From assembly GCA_028135785.1 (NCBI GenBank), contig JAOIHS010000001.1:63194-127193 (forward strand): a stretch of DNA of 64,000 nucleotides, read 5' to 3'. The notes below the pieces were generated by a model. It was not told the DNA's origin. It made no database searches and saw only the letters and a program-made list of their open reading frames with translations. The DNA is from SAR86 cluster bacterium (GTDB lineage: Bacteria > Pseudomonadota > Gammaproteobacteria > Magnimaribacterales > AG-339-G14). Position numbers and translations under genes: made by a program. Shown in pieces: positions 18,701-26,396 of this stretch; the stretch's first letter is position 1, and every line of letters begins with the position of its first letter.

Positions 18701-19969
18701 TTAGTTCACTAAAGGAGACCAGGCAGGCTCTCTTACTGATCCCTCTTGAACTGGCAAAGTGAATTTTGACTTACCATTTATTGTGAGACCAGCTAAAAAA
18801 CCTTGTGTCTTTTTCTTTGTTGCATAGATGATAATATTTCCATTTGGTGAAATAGTAGGAGATTCATCTAAAGATGTTTTTGATATAGAATTTATAAATC
18901 TACTTTTTAAATTTTTTGTAGCAATATGAAAAATACCATTATTACCATGAACCAAAACAATATCTTTACCATTTGGAAAATATCTTGCTCTTGCATTGTA
19001 ATCTCCATCTAAAGTGATTCTTTTAATTCTTCCTGAAGAAATAATCAGCTCGTAAATTTGTGGTGATCCAGATCTGTTTGAGGTGAATAAAAGTTTTTTA
19101 CTGTTTGGCGACCACGCAGGTTCAGTGTCAATTCCATAGTGTCTAGTTAAACGTGATATTTTTTTATTACGAAGATTGTAGAGATAAATATCGGGATTAC
19201 CCGACATGGACATGACAAAAGCTATGTATTTTGAATTAGGAGACCACACAGGAGCACTATTGCTCATTCCTAGTGTATCTATTGAAGATCTATTTCCTGT
19301 AAACAAGTCTTGGATATAAATTTCGGGATAGCCTTTTTCAAATGAGACGTAGGCTAATTTCTTTCGATCTGCAGACCAAGATGGAGACATTAATGGAGAT
19401 GAAGAATTAAATAGTAACTGCTCATCACTTCCATCTATATCGGAAATATAAATTTTATAAGAGTTTTTACTAGGATTCAAAATATAAGCTAGCTTTGTAT
19501 TAAAGACCCCATCTAATCCGGTAATACTTTGATAAGCCCTATTACTTATAATCTTTGATATTTGCTCTAATTCGTTAGGATTCCCAGAAATATCTCCTTT
19601 CAAAATAATTTTTCTTAGCCCAACATCAAAAACTAAATAATTTATATCTAAATTATTTAAATTAGAATTATCTACGTTTCCTATAACAACAAAGTCAACC
19701 TCCAAAAGCTTCCAATCCCTATAATAAAAATTTTCTTCTGAATGAGGATAAGACAACATTTCATTTTTCTTTAATGAATTAAATTCACCAAATAATGTCA
19801 TGTTAGCTTCAATCAAGCTTGAGATGCTTTTACTACCAGATAAAATTTCGTTTCGGAAAGGGACTATTGCTATTTTAGGTAATGTTTCTGAACCCTGAGT
19901 AATTTCTATTTTTAATTTTGATTCTGATAAGGGTGACAGAATTAAAAAAAATAAAAAAAACACTCTCAA
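18701..19969 (-). CDS. tolB: Tol-Pal system beta-propeller protein TolB
   Basis: 422 aa with a signal peptide and repeated S/P-x-W-S-P-D/N-x-K propeller motifs (SPSWSADRKKLAY, APVWSPNSKYIAF, EPAWSPNSKKLLF). Confidence 0.92.
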   Translation of the reverse strand: MRVFFLFFLILSPLSESKLKIEITQGSETLPKIAIVPFRNEILSGSKSISSLIEANMTLFGEFNSLKKNEMLSYPHSEENFYYRDWKLLEVDFVVIGNVDNSNLNNLDINYLVFDVGLRKIILKGDISGNPNELEQISKIISNRAYQSITGLDGVFNTKLAYILNPSKNSYKIYISDIDGSDEQLLFNSSSPLMSPSWSADRKKLAYVSFEKGYPEIYIQDLFTGNRSSIDTLGMSNSAPVWSPNSKYIAFVMSMSGNPDIYLYNLRNKKISRLTRHYGIDTEPAWSPNSKKLLFTSNRSGSPQIYELIISSGRIKRITLDGDYNARARYFPNGKDIVLVHGNNGIFHIATKNLKSRFINSISKTSLDESPTISPNGNIIIYATKKKTQGFLAGLTINGKSKFTLPVQEGSVREPAWSPLVN

Positions 19970-19970
19970 T

Positions 19971-20576
19971 TTAATTACCGATCGATTTAAAAACTAAATT
20001 AAAAGAGCGAAAGTTCTTTTCAAAATAGCTTCTATCCAAATTAATTACTTCTGGAAGGAATGATATATTTGAGATAGCTGCTAGTGCCGAATCATCAAAA
20101 ACCTTGTTTTTACTAGAATTTAATAATGCAAAACTTAGAATTTCTCCGGATGGTGCCAAGTTAATTGTAATTTCTACCTGAATATCTTGATTAATCATTG
20201 AAGGCTTTTTCCAGACTGAATTAATTCTTTTCTGAATTAAATTTATTCTTAATTGAACTTCCATATTCTCCTTCGCTAGATTGAAGTTATTTAATTCTGT
20301 TTTTAAATTTTCTTGAGCAAAGATATCTAATATTGGTTCATCCTTAGTTTTAATAACTTCTATGAGAGATTGGGCGTTTGATTCTAATTTCTTGATAGAT
20401 TTTTTTTGAGGCATTGCGACAATTTCCTTTATCTCCTTGGAAAGTGATATAAATTTAATTGGAATCGAGGAAAAATTTTCTTTAGTATTTTTTAATGAAA
20501 AGTCTAAAGTTAAAAATAAAAAAAGTAAGATATGAATTACTAATGAACTTATAAATCCGATAGAAAAATTAGTCAT
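19971..20576 (-). CDS. tolA: TolA (short form: TM anchor, brief linker, C-terminal TolA/TonB-like domain)
   Basis: Located between tolR and tolB. It has an N-terminal TM segment (FISSLVIHILLFLFL) and a C-terminal domain (SVWKKP...GEILSFALLNSS...FDDSALAAI). Confidence 0.75.
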   Translation of the reverse strand: MTNFSIGFISSLVIHILLFLFLTLDFSLKNTKENFSSIPIKFISLSKEIKEIVAMPQKKSIKKLESNAQSLIEVIKTKDEPILDIFAQENLKTELNNFNLAKENMEVQLRINLIQKRINSVWKKPSMINQDIQVEITINLAPSGEILSFALLNSSKNKVFDDSALAAISNISFLPEVINLDRSYFEKNFRSFNLVFKSIGN

Positions 20577-20994
20577 TATTTTCCGGCTCAGTTATAAAAT
20601 TAATGGATCCAGGTTTTAAGCCTTGCAACTTTGACATTAACTTTGCTACTTCTCCAAATCTAACTTCTTTATCAGCTCTTAAGTAAATCTCTATCGAAGA
20701 GTTATTTGATAGAATTTTTTTTAGTTCTGTCTCTAGTTCGTCTATAGAAAGCCCTTTATTTTTGAAAGATTCAAATTCTAAAAAAAATTTACTGTTTGAA
20801 TTTATTGAAATTGTTAGGTTATCTGAAGCTGCTCTTTCTATAGGTTGTGAATCTACCTCTGGTAAATCTACATCAATTCCTTGAATCATAAACGGAGCTG
20901 TGACCATAAAAATTACAAGAAGAACAAGCATTACATCTACGTATGGGATGACATTTATTTCGGTTAATAATCTTCTTTTCTTTGATGATTGCAT
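20569..20994 (-). CDS. tolR: Tol-Pal system protein TolR (ExbD family)
   Basis: INVIPYVDVMLVLLVIFMVTAP motif; 141 aa. Confidence 0.9.
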   Translation of the reverse strand: MQSSKKRRLLTEINVIPYVDVMLVLLVIFMVTAPFMIQGIDVDLPEVDSQPIERAASDNLTISINSNSKFFLEFESFKNKGLSIDELETELKKILSNNSSIEIYLRADKEVRFGEVAKLMSKLQGLKPGSINFITEPENND

Positions 20995-21000
20995 AGACTT

Positions 21001-21642
21001 TTATTTAGTTTGCCTAGACAGAAGTATTAAAAATTCTTCTGAAAAATTTGAATAATTCTTTAAGATTTTATCAATTCTAGAAATACTCCAGTTATAAGAG
21101 ATTAAAGCAGGAATTGCTGTGAATAATCCTAGTGCGGTTGCTACAAGAGCTTCAGAAATACCCGGAGCTACAACAGTAATAGAAACTTGAGTTAATTGAG
21201 CCAATCCGCCAAAGGCATTCATAATACCCCATACAGTCCCAAAAAGTCCCACATAAGGACTCACTGAAGCAACTGTTGAAAGAAATGCCAATCTTTTTTC
21301 AAGATCGTCTTCATGACGCGAAGTAACTATATTCATGACTTTTTTTACATCAGAAGCAGAGTCACTTTTTTTAAATTCTTCATATCCAACATAAAATATT
21401 TGTTCTAAACCAATTTTTTTTGTTTTTTTTGAAATTTCTAAAAAAAGCTCGTCAATATTTCTTTTTGACCAAAAAAAGTTTTCAAAATTAAAAATATCTT
21501 TTTCAACTCTTGACAAGGTTATCCAGCGATCAAAAATAAACCACCAAGATGTAATGGAAGTAATTATTAAAATAATCATGACCATTTGAACAACAAAGCT
21601 GGCCTCCATAAATAAAGATATTAGATTTAGTTCATATGACAT
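21001..21642 (-). CDS. tolQ: Tol-Pal system protein TolQ (MotA/ExbB family)
   Basis: The start is taken at MSYELNLISLF, where the ATG overlaps the ybgC TAA as TAATG. Contains the SVSPYVGLFGTVWGIMNAF motif. Confidence 0.9.
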   Translation of the reverse strand: MSYELNLISLFMEASFVVQMVMIILIITSITSWWFIFDRWITLSRVEKDIFNFENFFWSKRNIDELFLEISKKTKKIGLEQIFYVGYEEFKKSDSASDVKKVMNIVTSRHEDDLEKRLAFLSTVASVSPYVGLFGTVWGIMNAFGGLAQLTQVSITVVAPGISEALVATALGLFTAIPALISYNWSISRIDKILKNYSNFSEEFLILLSRQTK

Positions 21643-22043
21643 TAATTGATCTCCTGGAGCATTTTTACTTGAAATTGACTTGGCAGTAATTCTGGTTTTT
21701 TTGTTTCTGCATTTATTGACCCACAAAAGATTTCTGCTTCGCACACTTTAAGACCAGATTCATTGTAAATTATTTGTAAAAAATCAAAACTTAATTTTTT
21801 TACCTTAACTAATTTTGTTTCTATTCTAATTGTTTCGTCTAAAAAGGCAGGTAAAAAATAATTTATTTTAAGCTTGCGAACCATAAAAATAAGGCCTGAT
21901 TCTAATAAATCTTTTTGTTGATATCCAAGGGTTCTAAGATATTCTGTTCTCGCTCTTTCTAAAAACTTCAAATAGTTAGCATAGTAAACTACTCCTTGGG
22001 CGTCTGTATCTTCGTAATAAACTCTTGTTTTGAACTCATGCAT
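21642..22043 (-). CDS. ybgC: tol-pal associated acyl-CoA thioesterase YbgC (4HBT hotdog)
   Basis: RVYYEDTDAQGVVYYANYLKFLERAR motif; located upstream of tolQ. Confidence 0.88.
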   Translation of the reverse strand: MHEFKTRVYYEDTDAQGVVYYANYLKFLERARTEYLRTLGYQQKDLLESGLIFMVRKLKINYFLPAFLDETIRIETKLVKVKKLSFDFLQIIYNESGLKVCEAEIFCGSINAETKKPELLPSQFQVKMLQEIN

Positions 22044-22080
22044 TTAAAATAATAGAGCTTCAATTAAAATCTATACCAAA

Positions 22081-23517
22081 TCAAGGTCTTCTGATAACTA
22101 AGTTTCTAATTTCGGTCATATCCTCAATAGCAAACTTTACACCTTCTCTACCTATGCCGGAATCTTTTACTCCGCCATAAGGCATATTATCAACTCGATA
22201 ACTAGGAACATCTCCAATAACTACTCCTCCAACTTCCAAGACATCCCAAGCCTTAAACATCTTATAAAGATCTCTAGTGAAGATTCCTGCCTGCAGTCCA
22301 AATTTAGAATTATTTACTTCATTCAAAGCTTTATCGAAATCTTTAAAACTTGATAAAATTGCTACTGGACCAAATGCTTCTTCTTTATAAAGATCTAAAT
22401 TTTCATCTACATTTTCAACAAGAGTTGCTTCCAACATAGACTCCTCTCTATTTCCTCCGCATAAGATATTTGCCCCGTTAGCTTTTGCATTCTGAATCCA
22501 TGATTCAAGCCTCTTGGCTTCTGACTCCGCAATCATTGGGCCAATAAAAGTTGATTCATTCTTTGGATCACCAGAAACAAGATTTTTAGTTCTCTCAATA
22601 AGCATATTTTTAAATTTATCATATATTTCTTCATGAATTATTATCCTTTGAACACCAATACATGACTGGCCAGATTGATAAAATGAACCAAAAATTACTC
22701 TCTCTAAAGCGTCATCAAGATCAGAATCATTATCTATTATTACCGCTGCATTTCCACCAAGCTCTAAAACAACTTTTTTCTTGCCTGCTTTTGCTTTTAA
22801 TTCCCAGCCTACTTCCGGAGAGCCGGTAAATGACAATAATTTAAGCCTATCGTCAGTTGTAAATAGGTCAGAACCGTCCCTGGAAGCCGGAAGGATTGAA
22901 AAAGCACCAATTGGCAGGTTAGTTTCAGACAAGATCTCACCTATAATAATCGCTCCTAAAGGCGTTCTTGAAGCTGGCTTCATTACGAAAGGACACCCTG
23001 CAGCTATAGCAGGAGCTATTTTATGTGCAGCTAAATTTAAGGGAAAGTTAAATGGTGATATAAAAGAACAAGCTCCGATTGGAACTCTTTTCCACATACC
23101 TTGATAACCCTTTGCTCTTGCAGAAATATCTAATGGCTGCACTTCGCCATAAATTCTAGTTGATTCTTCTGCTGCGATTCGAAAAGTATCAATCAATCTT
23201 GAAACTTCTCCTCTGGAATCTTTAATTGGCTTACCTGCTTCAATGCATAGCGCATATGATATTTCTTCAAATCTTTCTTGAAATCTATTTACACAATGCA
23301 TCAAAATTTCTTGCCTCTCGAAGGCTGCTAAATTAGCCATAGGCTCGACTGCTTTGTCTGCAGCATCTATTGCAGCATCAATAATTTTTGTATCAGCTAA
23401 AGCTACATAAGTAGCGACTTCTCCTGTAAATTTATCAAAAACTTTCAAGTCTTCATTAGGTTGTATTGCTTTATTTGCTAGATACAAAGGATACTTATTT
23501 TTTAAAGTCAAACTCAC
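22081..23517 (-). CDS. NAD(P)+-dependent aldehyde dehydrogenase, substrate unknown
   Basis: 478 aa. ALDH motifs: FNFPLNL, LELGGNA (catalytic Glu), GQSCIG (catalytic Cys) and EEAFGPV. Confidence 0.85.
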   Translation of the reverse strand: MSLTLKNKYPLYLANKAIQPNEDLKVFDKFTGEVATYVALADTKIIDAAIDAADKAVEPMANLAAFERQEILMHCVNRFQERFEEISYALCIEAGKPIKDSRGEVSRLIDTFRIAAEESTRIYGEVQPLDISARAKGYQGMWKRVPIGACSFISPFNFPLNLAAHKIAPAIAAGCPFVMKPASRTPLGAIIIGEILSETNLPIGAFSILPASRDGSDLFTTDDRLKLLSFTGSPEVGWELKAKAGKKKVVLELGGNAAVIIDNDSDLDDALERVIFGSFYQSGQSCIGVQRIIIHEEIYDKFKNMLIERTKNLVSGDPKNESTFIGPMIAESEAKRLESWIQNAKANGANILCGGNREESMLEATLVENVDENLDLYKEEAFGPVAILSSFKDFDKALNEVNNSKFGLQAGIFTRDLYKMFKAWDVLEVGGVVIGDVPSYRVDNMPYGGVKDSGIGREGVKFAIEDMTEIRNLVIRRP

Positions 23518-23548
23518 TTAAAACCTTCCATTAGATTTAATCAAATAA

Positions 23549-25204
23549 TTATAGATTAGAACTTAGAGCTTTGATTTCTTTATTTAAAATTTTATCGTTT
23601 TCACTGTAGTCAGCAGGACAATCTATAACATGGACTCCAGGAGAATCTAGACAGGTTTTAATTATTTTAGAAAGACTTTCTGAGCTTTCAACTCTATAAC
23701 CTCTTGCTCCATAAGCTTCTGCATACTTAACGAAATCCGGATTTTTAAAAGAAAGACCAAAGTCTTCAAATCCCATATTTTCCTGTTTCCATTTAACCAT
23801 CCCATAGCCAGAATCATTGATTATCAAAACAGTTAAGTTTAGATTTAATCTAACAGCAGTTTCTAACTCCTGACTATTCATCATAAAACCTCCGTCACCA
23901 CAAATAGCCATAACTTTTTTTTCAGGAAAGATCATAGAAGAAGCCATTGCCGAAGGAAGCCCTGCTCCCATACTTGCAAGAGCATTGTCTAAAAGCACAG
24001 TATTAGGTATTTTTGCATTGTAATTTCTTGCAAACCATATTTTATATACGCCATTATCTAAAGCAATAATTCCATCTGATGGCATTACTTTTCTTATAAC
24101 TCTCACAAGGTAAGGAGGGAAGATAGGAAATCTTTTGTCATCTCTAATATTTTTTGTATGTTCTACTTCAGCTTTTCTAGCTGAGAGCATTGCTGAAAAA
24201 TCCCAATTTTTGTTAGGCTCTAATGATTGTTTAATTTGCCAAATCGCATTCGCAATATCGCCAATTACTTCAATTTGAGGAAAATAAACTGCATCCACTT
24301 CTGCAGATTTAGTTCCTATATGAATAACTTGAGCACCATTTTCATCCATGAAAAAAGGCGGTTTTTCAATATTGTCATGACCAACTGTAACTATTAGATC
24401 AGCTTCTTTAATAGCTTTATGAACGAAATCTCCTGAGGAAAGAGCAGCACACCCTAAAAAGGATTCATGAGACTCATCTATCACTCCTTTTCCTAATTGA
24501 GTTGTTACAAAAGGTATATCTGTTTTATTTACAAACTCAAGAAGCATCTTACTCGTCATTGTTCTATTAGCACCTGAACCTAATACCAAAATTGGTGAAT
24601 TAGAAGATTTAAGGATATCTACGGCTCTTCTAATCGCTTTTTCATCTGCAATTGGTCTTCGTGCAAGACTAGGGATTAAAGGTTTTTTTTCTGTTGTTTC
24701 TAAAGCTATATCTTCAGGCAATTCTAAATGAACTGCCCCCGGTCTTTCTTCTTGAGCCAACCTAAAAGCCTCTCTAACTCTCGAGGGAATAATATCTGCT
24801 GAAGCAATTTGCTGAGTATATTTAGTTATAGGTTGCATCATATCTACGACATCCAGAACCTGAAACTTTCCTTGTTTTGATTTTTTAATAGGTTTTTGAC
24901 CGGTTATCATTACAACAGGCATTCCGCCTAATTGTGCATAAGCTGCAGAGGTTATTAAATTAGTAGCTCCTGGCCCTAAAGTAGACAAACACACTCCGGC
25001 TTTACCTGTAAGTTTTCCATATGTCGCAGCCATGAATCCAGCTCCTTGTTCATGACGAGTAAGAATAAGTTTTATTTTTTTTGATTTCGATAAACTATGA
25101 AGAAATTCTAAATTTTCCTCTCCCGGCAACCCGAAAATATATTCAACGCCCTCTTCTTCTAGGCAAGAAACTAATAGATCAGATCCTTTGACCGCATTAC
25201 TCAT
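23549..25204 (-). CDS. thiamine-diphosphate enzyme of the acetolactate synthase (AlsS-like) family, substrate unknown
   Basis: 551 aa. N-terminal GLPGEENL...RHEQGAGFMA...GPGATNL and C-terminal TPP motif GDGGFMMNSQELETAVR...IINDSGYG. Confidence 0.8.
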   Translation of the reverse strand: MSNAVKGSDLLVSCLEEEGVEYIFGLPGEENLEFLHSLSKSKKIKLILTRHEQGAGFMAATYGKLTGKAGVCLSTLGPGATNLITSAAYAQLGGMPVVMITGQKPIKKSKQGKFQVLDVVDMMQPITKYTQQIASADIIPSRVREAFRLAQEERPGAVHLELPEDIALETTEKKPLIPSLARRPIADEKAIRRAVDILKSSNSPILVLGSGANRTMTSKMLLEFVNKTDIPFVTTQLGKGVIDESHESFLGCAALSSGDFVHKAIKEADLIVTVGHDNIEKPPFFMDENGAQVIHIGTKSAEVDAVYFPQIEVIGDIANAIWQIKQSLEPNKNWDFSAMLSARKAEVEHTKNIRDDKRFPIFPPYLVRVIRKVMPSDGIIALDNGVYKIWFARNYNAKIPNTVLLDNALASMGAGLPSAMASSMIFPEKKVMAICGDGGFMMNSQELETAVRLNLNLTVLIINDSGYGMVKWKQENMGFEDFGLSFKNPDFVKYAEAYGARGYRVESSESLSKIIKTCLDSPGVHVIDCPADYSENDKILNKEIKALSSNL

Positions 25205-25246
25205 TTATTTGTTTTTTAAAAATTTTCTTAATTATAAAGCAATAAT

Positions 25247-25657
25247 TTATTTATCGTTTTTTTTTATTTGTTCTAAATACAATTCTTTTAGCAGGAAGAT
25301 AAAATCTTCCCATAACAGATCAGCCGTAAATGGAGACAAGATATTTAGATCTGGATTAATAGCTCCTAAGGGAACTCTTACTTTAATTGGTCTTCTATCA
25401 AACTTATAAACTAAAGCAGGAATTCCTCTTCCTTCAGAAGCAGTAATAACTTGTTTCCACCAGGCATCCAAAGGCTCTGCGCCAGCTGCATATCGCTTAC
25501 ATTCTAAATACCAACTTCCAATGATGAGATCCGGTAAATGTTTCTCTCTGGTTTGCTCCAGAATTCTTCTTATATTGTTTTTTAAACCTAAATCATTTGT
25601 TAGTAAATTTGCAATTTCTCTTTCAAAAGAGGCTCCTTTATTTCTAGAGTTGGTCAT
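25247..25657 (-). CDS. small PD-(D/E)XK nuclease, Hjc/endonuclease-I-like (candidate Holliday junction resolvase)
   Basis: 136 aa. NKGASFEREIANLL...LPDLIIGSWYLECKRY gives an E12/E14, D43, E52-x-K54 signature. The ATG overlaps the yebC stop as ATGA. Confidence 0.55.
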   Translation of the reverse strand: MTNSRNKGASFEREIANLLTNDLGLKNNIRRILEQTREKHLPDLIIGSWYLECKRYAAGAEPLDAWWKQVITASEGRGIPALVYKFDRRPIKVRVPLGAINPDLNILSPFTADLLWEDFIFLLKELYLEQIKKNDK

Positions 25658-26394
25658 GATTCAATAAAAAATTGATCTGAGAATTCAGCATTAGAATGTA
25701 CATTTTGGACATCGTCTAGATCATCTAGATTCTCTAAAAGTTTAATTACTTTTTCAGATGTTTCTGAATCTAACTTAACATTTTGAGATGCATTCATAAC
25801 AAATTCACTTTCTTCAATTTCAATACTGTGCTCATCTAATTTATTTTTTACCGATGCAAAGCTTTCCGTATCTGTAGTGATAATAGTCCGACCATCATCA
25901 GCTGGTTCTAAATCTTCTCCACCTGCTGAAATTACCAGCTCCAATAATTTATCTTCATCTGAATCTTTAACAATGATTTGTCCAAATTTTTTAAATAAGT
26001 AAGCTACTGAACCATCAGTTCCGAGGCTGCCGCCAGATTTAGAAAAAGCATGTCGAACTTCTGCTACTGTTCTATTCCTATTATCCGTCATTGTTTCAAC
26101 AAGAATGGCTACTCCGTTTGGTCCGTATCCTTCATATAAAACTTCCTCTAAATTTTCTGAATCTGTATCTCCAGCACCCCTTGCAACAGCTCTTTCTATG
26201 GTATCTTTTGGCATATTAGATCTAAAAGCCCTATCTAAAGCCAATCTAAGTCTAGGATTATCTGCTGGATCTGGACCTCCCATTCTAGAAGCCACTGTTA
26301 TCTCTCTAATCAATTTAGAGAAGACTTTTTGACGTTTTTCGTCTTGCCTACCTTTTTGATGTTTTATATTTGCCCATTTAGAATGCCCAGCCAT
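25654..26394 (-). CDS. yebC: YebC/PmpR family DNA-binding regulator / translation factor
   Basis: MAGHSKWANIKHQKGRQDEKR N-terminus; 246 aa. Confidence 0.93.
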   Translation of the reverse strand: MAGHSKWANIKHQKGRQDEKRQKVFSKLIREITVASRMGGPDPADNPRLRLALDRAFRSNMPKDTIERAVARGAGDTDSENLEEVLYEGYGPNGVAILVETMTDNRNRTVAEVRHAFSKSGGSLGTDGSVAYLFKKFGQIIVKDSDEDKLLELVISAGGEDLEPADDGRTIITTDTESFASVKNKLDEHSIEIEESEFVMNASQNVKLDSETSEKVIKLLENLDDLDDVQNVHSNAEFSDQFFIES

Positions 26395-26396
26395 TA

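Noticed and set aside
21643-21744. N-terminal extensions in the ORF track for tolQ (to 21744), ftsB (to 35423), murG (to 47564), bepA (from 15184) and petC (to 63561).
   Set aside because: Internal Met codons coincide with TAATG/ATGA junctions or with the start of signal or TM peptides and give family-typical N-termini. The extensions overlap upstream genes and look non-native.
22781-23104. A 107-aa antisense ORF inside the aldehyde dehydrogenase gene. Similar antisense ORFs occur at 1182-1490, 31384-31665, 55655-55918 and 63556-63873.
   Set aside because: All sit in the GC-richer parts of strongly conserved genes (ALDH, ispG, fdxA, ftsZ, petB), where stop codons are rarer on the opposite strand. 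None has domain-like motifs or a plausible start context.
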